Assembly (NCBI GenBank): GCA_013265495.1
Contig: MU058687.1
Location: 3,846,001-3,910,000, forward strand
DNA: 64,000 nt
Origin: Vicugna vicugna
Lineage: Eukaryota
Reading direction: 5' to 3'
The position numbers and the translations under genes are program-made. This document shows positions 25,661-37,757 of this stretch, one piece after another (the stretch's first letter is position 1; each line of letters opens with the position of its first letter). Under the pieces are notes generated by a model. That model was not told the origin of the DNA and ran no database searches. It saw only the letters and a program-made list of their open reading frames with translations.

Positions 25661-27063
25661 ATATGCTCTTCCATGCAGAGGTTTGAATCAGCTCGTGGGT
25701 AGACAGATCTAATGTTTTGAGGTGGATTAGAAGGATGATGGTGTTAATTGAGAGAAAGCTTCCTAGCAGAGTCACTATGTCATTTCTCTCTCTCTCTCTC
25801 TTTTTTTTCCTGGGAAACAGTATATGATTCAACACACCAGAGAGCTAAGGCTTTGCATTCTAATGTGGGCCAATTAAGAAATCAATCAATACTTATTTAT
25901 CCAGTGAAGACCATGTGCCCAGCACAGTACTAAAGGCACTAAGACCTTTGAGAAGTGGCTTTCCTCGTTTCTTCAGATCATGAAATGGGTTTACTAAGAC
26001 TTGCAGATTTCAGGAGGCAGGAAGGGCTAGTAGACATGAGGATGAGTAAACTGATCAAGGATTGCAGTGACTGGAAAAGGACTGTGAAAAGCCAATGGCA
26101 TTTGAGCCCCAGCATTTTCTCTGTGGGGTCCAGTGAGGCCCAGTTAATCTTCCCCAAGAAAGATATGGTTAGGAAAATGCCTCTGATAATTATTGCAAAG
26201 GTGTCATCTTAAAAACAAACAAAAATCACAAGATGCCAACCTGAACTTAGAAGCATGAAATAAAAAAGCAAACTGCTCCCCAGAGGAATAATTGTGGAGT
26301 TAGCAACTCTGAATTGTGTTGGTTTAGCAGGTTTCTGCCGTTTAGGGCTGGGGACAGAGGGGAGGTGGGGAGGTTTGGTCTAGCTTAATTAGACTTTCCC
26401 TCTTGAAATGTGACAAAATAGCTACCCCAGAATGTTGCTCTCTAAAAATGCAAAAGGAGAATTCCTCCTCAGTCACATTTGTATGGAAACCAAAGATGGG
26501 AGGAGCAGACACAGACTGTCAGGGGAAAGAATATGTGGGCTGTGGATACTTTTAGACGCCAAAACCTAGTGCTCATTTTCAGCCTCGGACCTAATCATTT
26601 TTCCCCTCCTGGCATCTATGAGGGAGGTTCACATTTAGAGGGGGAACCAAATGGCTCCGCTCACAGCCTATTAGGGGCACTGTGTACCCTCCTCCCCACC
26701 CCATACCCCCCACACTCACACGTTGTTCGGGGAGTTTGAGCAGAGCTGTCTTCGGGATGACAGGGCCTCATCTATGTAGAATTTGTCATAGTCTCTTCCT
26801 TGGTGGGCTAGGGTCCACATGGTGGAGGCAGGAAGTTGGAGGTAGGGAAGGAGAAGTTTGTTAACTAAGACTAAAGTAAAGGTCACCAAATTGCTTGCAA
26901 GCCTACCAGCCTAGTTACATCGGCTTTTTATGTCCTTGTGCAAACACTTATAGGTTTGCCAAGACCTCCAGCTAGACCCTGGCCTCCACGTAGTCATTTT
27001 CTGTGCTAGACAGTAATAAGTCTGCGTTTATTCTTTAATGTCCTTTAATGCCCACTTCATTAG

Positions 27064-27252
27064 CGCAGTCCAGTTAGGGCCTGTTAGCAAGGTTTCACTG
27101 CATCATGGTTGGCGAGGAAGGGATATTACCTGTGAGAGGAAGGCTTTCTGCTTAAGGAAGTATTTTCCCCCGAGGGGCATGAGCACACGAACAAGCGTGA
27201 GCAAAAACTTCAGGCTAAGGGTTCAGTGCGTCCTAAGTGAATTCCAGGCAAG
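27064..27252 (+). other. Candidate 189-nt frame-preserving exon, product unrecognised
   Basis: AG-free pyrimidine-rich tract ending cacttcattag| at 27063; donor AAG|GTGAGT after 27252; open frame (ORF 27038-27256); CpGs retained. Confidence 0.25.
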
Positions 27253-28009
27253 GTGAGTAATAATCTAGGTTTCAGAGAAAAATGCACCCCGTGGGGCTTC
27301 CTGAACAGAACTAAAGGCCCCTCTTTGGATGAGGGGATCCTGTTCTGCACTGTGGGGGGTGGAACGTCCTTCTCCCACGTCGCACCTCCTATATTTATTT
27401 CCTGCTCTGCCACGTCCTAGGTCTCTGACGTAGCCACCCTACCATCTCCTTGTTCTGCTACCACAGTGTCACTGCATCGGTCCTGCAGGGGACACTCGCA
27501 AAGAAAGTCCACCCTAGATGTCTTCTTTCCTTGTCAGTCCTCATGTCTGTCTGTTCTGAATTTGAGTCTGACGCCTGGCACCCTGGGCCTTTTGCTTTTA
27601 CATTTCCAGTGTGAAAGCTCTTCCACAGTGTGGTCTGGGCTCCTCTCTTCATCCTTGTGAGCCCCAAAAGGAATTGGGAAGTGTCTGGTCAGACTGTTGG
27701 AACTAAGTTCCCGTTCTCCTCCGACTGTGGGTTTTGATCATTTCTTTCAGTAACCAGTTTGATTTAATTATTCATAGAAGAACATTCATAGTGCAAGAGG
27801 AAATGTCCTATCAAGCATTTGTCAAAGAATTGGTCTTCATAATATGAGACATCCCCAGAGCAAAAGCAAAGTATCTGGGCTGATGATTAAGCCTTTGAGG
27901 AGAAGCAGGATGAGACATCCAGAGTTGATGGGGCTTGAATCACCATGGTTGACTCAATAGATGACCCCAGAATCTGTGGGAGGCACAAAGTCTGTGTGCT
28001 GTCCCCATC

Positions 28010-28160
28010 CTCCCAGCAACACAGTGTTATCACCATTATACAATGGGGAAACTGAGGCACAGAGAAATAAACTGCCTTGCCCAAACCTTCTAAAGTAGGA
28101 AGTAGAGTCGAGTCTAGTTTTGGAAAGAGGAGTCTAGTACCATAGCTGTGTTCCTAACAC
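28010..28160 (-). mobile_element. MIR SINE
   Basis: ccattatacaatggggaaactgaggcacagaga...ttgcccaa. Confidence 0.85.
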
Positions 28161-28599
28161 TCTAGAACTGGATCGGGTACAAGCTGATCCCTTGGTTGGT
28201 CACTGTCTCAAGCCCCTGGCTTATCAGATCAACTCCAGCTTTCTAGAGCTGGATGTACTGATTGGCCTGAACAGAAGACTCCAAAGTTTAGCAGGAGTTT
28301 CCCTGCGATGATTTGGTGAGACTGATCAAAGATGTCTTTAACAAACAGACCCAGTATTCAGTGTGCCTAGAATAAGCCAGCCTGCTTCTGCCATTTCCTG
28401 GACCTTTGACTTAGCCCAGCTACCTAATTTTTGAGTCTCAGCTGTCCATTTATAGGAAAATGATAACCTCTACTTCATAGTGGGCTGTAAGAACTAAAGA
28501 GAAGAGGGAGTACATGGAGGGTACTTGGTAAACAGCTAAGGGTTTTAGAAATGTTTATAAATTTTAGCCAAGACCCTTTGGCTCCTTATAGCTCAGAAA

Positions 28600-28765
28600 C
28601 CCCAGTAGCACTGGGGCAATTTTCCTAAACTCTAGTATCTGTAGGGATGACCTAGGGGACGGTGTTAGAAGTGCAGTTCCCCAGATTTCACCTCACCGTG
28701 ATTCAGGTCGGACCAGGGGATGCTGACACAAAGGTCTGGAGACCACCACGGAGAAACACTGGCTC
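28600..28765. mobile_element. MER5-like hAT-Charlie DNA transposon remnant
   Basis: ccaggggatgctgac...ggagaccaccacggagaaacactg terminal pattern. Confidence 0.5.
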
Positions 28766-28984
28766 AGAGGCCCGCAGAGCCCCCCTTCCACCCTTTTACT
28801 ATACCCTCCACATTCCTTTAGTCTCGTCTGACCTGAGAGGCACACGTTAGAGACATTCTCAGCAGAGTGTCTGCTAAAGGCTTTGTAAGGTCAACAAGTA
28901 GTAGTTTCATTACTGCAGAAGCAGCCCTCAGAGTAGTACATTTTCTCCCCCTCCCCCATTTCCTTCGTTGGCTCCGTGCCCTTC

Positions 28985-29265
28985 CCACCACACCCCACCC
29001 CACCCCCAGCCAGCTTCTATTTGCATCACAGTCCATGGCATTTTTGAACTTCAGGGCTCCTGTCTGGCTCGTTATTCTTTCAGCTGAGGAACTGCAGCAC
29101 CTAATTAATAGGAAATTAGCTGTGAATGTAACATTTGGCCCACAGTCAAGGCCCAAGAAGTTATAAATATACACAATGTGAGTAGCCTGGGCACCTGATT
29201 CCTGGCAGCTCCAGAAGTGGCATCACCCCGGGCTGTTCTAGGAAGTTAAGTCAAAGGTCAAAGAC
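28985..29265. promoter_or_regulatory. Candidate enhancer (KLF, octamer, homeodomain, NR5A-like and DR1 motifs)
   Basis: CCACACCC 28988-28995; ATTTGCAT 29019-29026; CTAATTAAT 29101; TCAAGGCC 29146-29153; AAGTCA-A-AGGTCA 29248-29260. Confidence 0.35.
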
Positions 29266-30679
29266 AGCTCGGAGCCGGGGTCGCCGGCCAGGAGGGTCAA
29301 GGAGACCATCCCAGGGAGCACAAGGGCTTGTCTATTCCATCTCATTTCCCAAACAGCACATTTGCTCTCCTCAGGTTAAATGTCTCTCCAGAGGCCTGGC
29401 TGGAGAGGAAGCAGAAAGGAGACTGGAACACGGGTTTCAGATGGCTTGGAGGAGAGCCATGGGGTTCCACGTAGGGTGTCCCAAACACTGTTTGCCCAAA
29501 GACACTATAGGTCTGCTGTTGCTCCAGGAACTTCCATTTAGTTTCTTCCAGAAGCCGGGACTTTGTGCATTAAAGGCCATGCCACCCAAAGGTGCAGACC
29601 ATGGAGCTGAGGCCCAGAGAAGGGAAAAATCTGGCCTAACCAGTTGGGAGCAGAGCTGGGATTTGAACCATGGTTTTCAAATCCCTGAATCTGATGCTGT
29701 TTACAGGACCTCAGAGCTGCCTAAAGACTTCAGGAGGACCAGCTGGGGAGGTGAAAACAATTTTTGAAAATACCAGTGAGGAAAAAGGATTGAGGAGGAG
29801 CCAAGGAGCAGAGGGGTCAAGGGCAGGTAAGGCACCTTAGAGGTCTTGTAGGAGGCAGAAGGGCCCCTCTCCATGGAGGAGTGAGCATTGCCTGGGGTCA
29901 GAGCTGCAGCTCTTTTCTCCAGATTCCCCTGATGTAGGCTATCTCACTTTTTCTCAACTTCCCTGGCAGGAAATAGGAATTGAGCAGCCTGTCTTTTCCC
30001 TCCTGAGAGTTAAAATTCTGCTGATAAAGGGACCTGTTCAAATTTCTAATTCTGTTTGCTATGAGCCAAGGGGAGAGAATGCTGGGACCCTTGGCAAAGC
30101 AGGCAGGGCTGGGAGGAAAAGCCGGTCTGACGAGGTTAGGGAACAGAAAGCCCAGAGTGAGTGCAATATTTTGCCAGCTTTATTTAAGAGATCGATCGAA
30201 GCCTCTTTAACACAGGCTTCTACCTGAGAGTGATATAATGAATCTGGCATTTATGTGTCTCTGGAAGGAGGCTTCTGAAAGAGAAGAAAAATATAAAAGA
30301 AATTGCATCTTTGGGTAGGTCCCAGATGGGGCTGCGCTGAAGGAGGGAAATAACTCATTGACGATGTCACAGAGCAGAAGATAGACAGGGGGGCTGCATG
30401 TTGCTGAGGCTGAGGGAGGACAGGGTCTGTCCTGGAGGGAAACTGTGCCTCCAGCCTTGCTCAGGGAATGGAGTTCTAAGTCAGAGTCCAGGCTGAGAAC
30501 ACAGGTGTCACTGCTACCCTGAAACAAAGATAATGCAACTCCCTCTTCCCACCTCTACCCACGCGCCAGGGGCATTTCCTGATCCTCTGCTGAGGAAGGG
30601 CTCCATCCTTCTTGGTTTCTTGTGCTCTGGGAGGGTGTTGCCAGTTCTTTATCACCCCAGCCAGTGCTTTGGCACAAAG

Positions 30680-30890
30680 TAGCTTTGGAGTCAGAAAGAG
30701 TTGAGTTCAAACATCACATGCTCCACTTAGGAGTCTCCTTATCTCTATGTGCCCTCGGTTTCTTATTGTTGTGAAAAGCATGGGGTAATATGTATCTGAG
30801 AGGGTTTTTAAGAAGAGTAAATGAGATAATAATAAAAAAAACTAATACAGCATGTGACACACAGTTGATCGTTAAAAACCACTATTACCA
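30680..30890 (+). mobile_element. MIR SINE
   Basis: gctttggagtcagaaagagttgagttcaaa...taaatgagataat. Confidence 0.7.
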
Positions 30891-31054
30891 TTATCATAAA
30901 GCAAATGAGAGTCAAGAAGAACATTGGTCCTTGGTAGTCATCAATAATCATATGACCTCTTTTTCAAGGTCACATGAGCAATAATAACGTTGGAAAAAGA
31001 TGTTTGCTATTTTGTCTCCCTCGTCAATTTATACCCTCCCGAAAAAATCCCACA

Positions 31055-31775
31055 TCACAACCTAGACCAAAGCAAACCCCAATCCTCTGCCCAAATCTAC
31101 TCCCAACCTTAACTTTAATCTTACCCGAGACCCATCCTAACCCTATACTAAACTGTCACCCCAGCTCCATTCCCAACCCTATCCCTGCATTAGTCAGGGT
31201 TCTCCAGAGACACAGAACCCAAGGGAATGCATAGATAGAGAAGGAGACTCCTTATAAGCAATTGGCTCATGCGATTATGGGGCTGGCAAGTCCAGGATCT
31301 GCAGGGTAAGTGGGCAAGCTGGAGACCCGGGAGAGCTGGTGGTGTAGTTGCAGCCCGTCTGAAGGCCTGAGACCCAGGAGAGCCAATGGTGTAGTTCTAG
31401 TCTGAAGACCCACATAGCCAGAAAAGACGGATGTTTCAGTTAGAGTCTGCAGACAGGAAAAGATGATGTCCTAGTTCTACGACCATCAGGCAGGAAGGAT
31501 TCTCTCTTACTTGGGGGAGGGTTGTTGGCCTTTTTGTTCTATTCAGGCCTTCAACTGACTAGATGAGGCCCACCCACATTAGGGAGGGCAGTTTGATTTA
31601 CTCAGTCTACTGATTTAAATGTTAATGTCATCCAAAATCACAGAAATACCTAGAAGAATGCTTGAGCAAATGACCCAGTCAAGGTGACACATAAAACTAA
31701 CAATTATACCTACCCCTAACCCTACCCCGAACCCTCACTACAAGCCAAGGCCAAACCCAACACCACCCTAACAAC
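31055..31775 (+). repeat. Degenerate (CCCTAA)n-like hexamer tract interrupted by an MLT2 LTR
   Basis: catcctaaccctatact, attcccaaccctatccc (to 31185) and cctacccctaaccctaccccgaaccctcac...accctaac (from 31709). Confidence 0.6.
31186..31708 (-). mobile_element. ERVL solo LTR (MLT2 family)
   Basis: tgcattagtcagggttctccagagacacagaacc...gatgaggcccacccacattagggagggca...tgacacataaaactaacaattata. Confidence 0.92.
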
Positions 31776-33289
31776 TACTGTTACATATTGCTACACATTG
31801 TTATTGCCTCAGTTTTCTTTGTAGTGGGGATACAAATCCTATCCCAGCTGCCAAAACTTGCTAATCAGTGTGATGAGCTTACACCATAAAGAAACTCAGT
31901 TTAATAATGTATCTCTGGAATATGGAATTGAAAGGGAAAGGACACTGGAAAATAGATTCTCACTCAGACAGCAACCCAACATCATTAGCATCTGCCTTCA
32001 GCATGAGGGAACCACTCAGACTGTGTACACAGAGAGAATTCCGTTTGCTGGTGCCAACTCCTGCCCCAGTCTCTTGGCTAAGCCCTATTTTAATAGGATC
32101 TGGGTGCAGCTGGGATGCCCAGGGACAGAGGCACGGGGACAATGCTTGAAGTTGTCTTACGGTGAAGAATATCAGCCTGTAGAGCACTGTGAGACGAAAA
32201 ATGCATTGTTAGTGTTTCCACTCACATAGATCACTTAGTTCTCTGCCAGATTCTTCTCTCAGATGTATCCCACAGATGAAAAAGGAACCTTCCTCATTTC
32301 TAGAAAGATTCCTATAGAATCAAAGAGTGGTAGAACTGAAATGGATGGTGATGTAGCCTAGAGGTTCTCAACTTTAAAATCACTGGTGCCTGGGTTGCCT
32401 CCTATGCTGATTGGTCCATCTCTGGGGATGAGGCCAAGTATTCTTAGAAGTATATTTGTAGCATACATTGCCAAGTAGTTCACCAGCCTAGCCCAAACCC
32501 TTCATGTTACAGTTGGAAAGAGAGAGAGAGACTCAAAAAAGCCATGGAACTCTTATAAAATCAGATACCTAGGGGCAAAGCTAGCACGCAAAGTCTCATG
32601 ATTCCTCGTCCAGTGCTCTCGTCAGAACACCATGCATTCGCTCATCTTGTTTCCTCAGATCTAGAGCCAAAGAACAGGCCTAGGATCCCCATGATGAGTG
32701 GTACTCAAGCTCAGTTACTGTGTAGCTCTTCCTGCCACACCAGTGTAAAGGCTTTCATTCCTCTGCACCAGACAGCTCTTGTTCAGAGAGGTAGGGGCAC
32801 CATGGTGGAAACGGTTCTCTACTGACCCATTTGGAACAATTAGAAAAAAAAAATTCTACTCCATCAACCTTGACCAGACAGCTGAAGGTTGTACTTACTT
32901 GGTACTGACCTTGTAAAGATGGGTTGCAACTTTGGGGAGTTGATTTTGTTGTCACTGTTGTTGTTTTCCTTCTGGGCACTTGGAGTTTATGTTCACCAAG
33001 GAGAGTTCTTGGAATTGTAGGCTCAGTGCCATTAGCATCTGCTTTATCCCCCTGCTTTCGTGTTTAACTTCCTTCTTTTCTGAGTTTTAAAAGGTTTTTA
33101 GGTTTTTAGTGAACTTATACCAAATGAATTGCTATTTAAAAATGGGTGACTGAAATCCACCTTCAGTCCTGATTTGACATAGTTAGAAAACATGGAAGCT
33201 GCTGAAACAGGCCAGCATGGCAGCCTGTGCATTTCTCCTGGGTGGTAGTTCTTCTTTATAACCCAGAGGGTGCACAGGGGATTCTGCAC

Positions 33290-33720
33290 TCATTTAGTCA
33301 TTCATTCAAATAGTGTGTATAGGTTCCTCCTAGGGTCCAGAGAATTTGATTGGCACTAAGGGAAAATTAAGGTGACATGGACTCAGCACTTGACCTCAAG
33401 AAGCTTACATCTAATGGGCAGTGAAGATGAGTGTCCTCGAAAACCCATACCATAAGCAAGGTGATGTTCCCTTAAGGTTCTACAGAAGCTGTTCAGGGAT
33501 GAGTGAGATTACTTCTAGCTGAGGGATAGGGGAAGGTTCCTGTGATGATGTCACATTTTAGTTGAGCCTTGGAAAGTTGATAGGATTTAGGCAGAAATTA
33601 GTGTAAATCATGTGGGCAAGGGAACAGCATGAGCAAAGAGATGAAGGGAGAGCAAAGATGTATATGGAGTATGTTTGCTTTGGATATGGTAGGCAGAGGA
33701 GAACTGTGTGAAAAAAATTT
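33290..33720 (-). mobile_element. L2 3' region
   Basis: cattcattcaa...cttgacctcaagaagcttacatctaatggg...gggaaggttcctgtga...gggaacagcatgagcaaag. Confidence 0.8.
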
Positions 33721-33859
33721 AAGGGTAGACTCTTCAGAGTAGAAATGGGTTTCAGAGATCATCTCATCTGTTTTATACATTAGAAGATAATCATAATGAT
33801 AGTAATAGTAGTTGGAGCAGGACTTGAGTTTACCTCTCATTGCATGCTTTCCATAGGCA

Positions 33860-34035
33860 GTTATTGAGCTACATGCTCCACATGGATTTTCTCCTTCATG
33901 TGGATTTACATTGTTTCCTCACAGTATCTCTTGGGGAGAAATGTTATTATTATGCCCACTTTGCAGATGAAGAAACCAAGGCTCAGAGATCAGTGAGCCA
34001 ATGAGGGGTAGAACTGGGATTTGAAGCCAAGGCTA
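33860..34035 (-). mobile_element. MIR SINE
   Basis: cccactttgcagatgaagaaaccaaggctcagaga. Confidence 0.85.
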
Positions 34036-34884
34036 TATTCTCTCCACTGCCCTGATCCCACCGTGGGCGTTCAGAGAGAGTGGTGGTGCTGTTATGGGAG
34101 AGGAAGGGCAGATGCATTCATTATTGGGTGTGTTGAGTCTGAGCTGCTCATGAGACCTCCAGGATAAGAGGTGAGTTTGGATGTTGGGGAGGAAGTCATA
34201 TGAAAGAAAGGAGTTAGTTTCGGGAAGTTTACATTCCAAGCTTTGCATATTCAGGTTGGCTCACTCCGTGGGATTTCTAGTCGGGAATTCTAGTGGCTCA
34301 TCTGCGAGGCCACTCCTTAGTGTGTGTGTGTGGTTTGCCAGACCCATCTTCAAAAGTTGCACTCAGGGCTTTCTTTTTTCCAGATCTTGGCTCCTCTCCC
34401 TCCATGTGTGCCCACACTGCTGTGTCCATTTTTCCAAAGGGGCTTTTGCAGCCTGCTGTCCAGTTGCTGGCTGCCAATGTGTGCCTCTGAGAAGTATCAG
34501 GCTGTTGAGCACTAGATGGAACAAATACTCCTAACCCTGTGACTCCAGTAGTGAAAAAAATCTCATTTTGGTGGGGGGAACTGAAGATGATGAGCATGTA
34601 CACAGAGGCAGGGGACTGGAGGGAAGCAGGGAGCTTTGGTAGCCTGGAAACGCTCCTGTACCTCAGGCTAATAAGAGAAGTTCAATACAACTTCCTCCAA
34701 GTCCCTTGTCATTTCCTGACCTGGACTAGCAGTGCCTTGACTGTTGGAACCAGGAATATCTGAGCAGTGGGGAAACTGAGGCAGGAAGGAGTGGAGAGGA
34801 CTTAGTCAAGGCTTTGCAGTCTATGGCCGAGAGCCCAAAATTCACATTATCCTGTAAGAAGGACCCCTGGGGAAAGGGTTGGAG

Positions 34885-35940
34885 TCTAATTAGTCTCTGT
34901 TGCTGCTGTCACAAATTAATGATCTTAGTGACCAAAAGCAATGTCCATTTATTAGCTCACAGTTGTGTAGCTCAGAAGTACAGGCATGTTTGGATCGGTC
35001 CTCTGCTTAGGGTCTCTCAGGCTGAAGTCAGGGTGTTGGCTGGATGGGCTTTTATCTGCAGATTCTGGGGAGACCCTACCTCCAGCCTCACACCTGTTGT
35101 AGACCAAAGTTAATTCCTCGCAGTTGCAGGATTGAAGTCCCCATTTCTTTGCTTGCTGTAGGCCTAGGTCACTTCAGCTCCTAACGGCTGTCCACGTTCT
35201 TGGTCCTGGGGCCTATTCCATCTTCAAGGCCAGCAGTGGAGCATCAAATCCTATCTGTGCTTCACATCTCTGACTTCCTTTTGTTACTAGCTGGAGAAAC
35301 CTCTGCTTTCAGAGGGCTCACGTGGTTAGATTGGACCTACCTGAGTAACCTCCTTTTGCCATATGCATTAATTTGCTGGGGCTGTCGAGCAAAGTACCAC
35401 ACAAACTGGGTGGCTTAAACAAGACAATTCTATTATCTCACAGCTCTGGAGACTAAAAGTCTAAAATCAGGGTGTTGGCCGGGCCAGTTCCTTCTGTGGG
35501 CTGCGGGGAAAAGTTCTGTTCTGGGCCTCTCTCCTTGGCTTGTAGATGACTGTCTGTATGTTTGCGTGGTGTTCTCCCTGTGTGCGTGCCTGTGTCCAAA
35601 TTTCCCCTTTTTATAAGGACACCAGACAGTGGATTTGGAGCCACCCTTCAGACCTCATCATAATTAATTACATCTGCAATGACCTTATAAAGATCACTTT
35701 CTGAGATCCTGGGGTTTAAGATTTCAACACATGAACTCTGGAGGGACACAACTCAACCCATAGCACCATCTCCATAACGGTCATGACAGTGATATCTCAC
35801 GCTACTCCCAGGTTTGACCCGCACTCCAAGGGCTAGGCTTTCGCTTGTCACCAAGTCCCTGTAGCAGGAGAGCTGCTATGCTACTCCCAGGTTTGACCCG
35901 CACTCCAAGGGGAGGGGAGGCAGGGGTGAAGCTCATTGCT
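34885..35940 (-). mobile_element. MaLR LTR (MLT1D/E-like), split by a younger MLT1
   Basis: ttgctgctgtcacaaatta...catttattagctcacagtt...tctgcttagggtctctcaggctgaagtcagggtgttggc; resumes after 35770 with gtgatatctca...cactccaaggggagggga. Confidence 0.8.
35364..35765 (-). mobile_element. MaLR solo LTR (MLT1B-like) nested in an older MLT1
   Basis: tgcattaatttgctggggctg...aaagtaccacacaaactgggtggcttaaacaa...gggacacaactcaacccatagca; TSD ccata/ccatc. Confidence 0.9.
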
Positions 35941-35983
35941 AGGCTTTCGCTTGTCACCAAGTCCCTGTAGCAGGAGAGCTGCT
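35799..35983 (+). repeat. Recent tandem duplication with an internal 27-bp deletion in the first copy
   Basis: Block A 35801-35832 = 35880-35911; block B 35833-35877 = 35939-35983 (identical); 35912-35938 present only in copy 2. Confidence 0.95.
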
Positions 35984-36519
35984 CAGTGGTTGGCATGTGA
36001 GGACAGGAGGACAGCTGTGAGTGAGACGGGGATCACCAGTGGCCATGGTGAGAGCAGCTGCAGCAGAGAGGACAGTGTGGGGACCGCTGCACTCAAGAAG
36101 CAGCTGTGACCGCGAGGAGGACGAGTGGTGAGAAGAGAAGAAAACCGGGTAGAATAAAAGAGACCTGGGCTTGCTTGCTTGTTGTCGGGAAGTAACCGGC
36201 AGAGAGGGACCTGCAGCTAGCTACAGCCTCCGGCTGTTTCAGGTTGTCGGCATGCCCCCTTTTATGCAGACCTGACTTGTTACCCTATGGGGACTCTGTA
36301 GAACTCCACGTATTATTAAATGGCCTCTGTGAATAGATAGGTGTGCAATCTGGCTGAGTTATAGTTACTTGGGAGACCCATGTTTGCTTACTTGTGGCCT
36401 GATAACTCTCAGCCTTAATATCACAGGAACGCATTTCCATTTGGTCTCCACTTTCCCAATCCTTTAAAAATTTTATGTGATTTTCTTAGAAGGAAAGTTT
36501 TGATAGAACTTAGTAACAG

Positions 36520-36700
36520 CAGTAGGCACCGTTGATTGAGAATCTGCTGTATAACAGGCCTTGTGCATGTGCCTCACTCCTCACCCCTTTCCTACAAGGC
36601 AGACTACTGTTCCCATTTCACATGTGGGGAAACTGGGTCTCAGAGGGCTTCAGGGCTGTGGCCAAGGTTACAGAACCAGTAGGTAGTGATGCTGTGTCTC
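36520..36700 (-). mobile_element. MIR SINE
   Basis: cccatttcacatgtggggaaactgggtctcagagg...gccaaggttacag. Confidence 0.8.
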
Positions 36701-37529
36701 CCCCATCACTCTGGCTTCATCACCACACTTACATCAGACCCTCTCTCTTCTAAAGTTTGGCAAGTTTCTTCTTTTGTTTCTCTAGGATGCACTTAGAAAA
36801 GCAAATATTCTGTGAGAACAAAATTGTAGGGCTTACCCTTTATTCCCCTCCTAGTCCTAAACTCCTAGGCTTCCCAGCTCAGCTATTTGAGAAATTACTC
36901 AAGGAAAATGTTCATCTCCACCCAGAATAATTCATTGCTGAGCAGAGAACAATACAGAGACATTTCAGCCAGTGTGACTTTTTCCAAAGGTCAAGCATGC
37001 TGGGTGCCCAGGGGCTTGTGATGGACACAATGCTCAAGGCACAAAATCACATTTGCTTCTCTTTCTGGATACATTCCATCATGAAAGGGTTTGCAAGATT
37101 CTGTCTGCTGACGTACAGAAGTCTGTTCTCCAAAATGGGGGCCTGTTCTCATTTCCGAGGAGAACTGTGAATCTGAGAAGGGATTTCAAAGGAGCATGTC
37201 AGGAGTAAGAACCTAGAGCAATTGGAATTCAGGGTCATGGAGGGGAGAAGTAGCAGGCGTGGCCCCCGGGCCTTGCACACTTGAGAAGCCATGAATTGTG
37301 CTGGAGGTGAGAATACTTTTGGGAAAGCTGCAGAGAGACAATCACAAGCTGACTGGACTTTGGAGGAAGTGCAGGAGTTTGTTAGGCAAGTGGAAGGTAG
37401 AAGGTGGGAGACATGGGCATCTCAGCTAAAGGCAAGATACAGAGATTTAAATGTCAATGCTTGTCATGCCAAGTGGCTCAAATATAAATGATAATATTAA
37501 TAATCATATAGTCACTCTCCTACTAATAA

Positions 37530-37710
37530 GCACAAGCACTTATATATTACCTACTGCATACCAGGGTACATTAATTATATTCTAAGTACATTAATTACAT
37601 TAACTCATATATTCCTCAAAGCAGCCATATGAGGTGGGTACTGTTATTATCCCTGTCTTAAAGATGAGGAAACTGATGCACAGAGCAGCAAGTTATCATT
37701 CCAAAGAAAC
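37530..37710 (-). mobile_element. MIR SINE
   Basis: tatgaggtgggtactgttattatccc...agatgaggaaactgatgcacagag. Confidence 0.85.
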
Positions 37711-37757
37711 CTCAGCTCTCAGAATTATGATTCTGTTCCAGCAATCTACCTCTGGAG

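Noticed and set aside
35799..35983. CRISPR-like repeat-spacer array
   Set aside because: Only two copies, eukaryotic context, no regular spacers and no cas genes; it is a tandem duplication.
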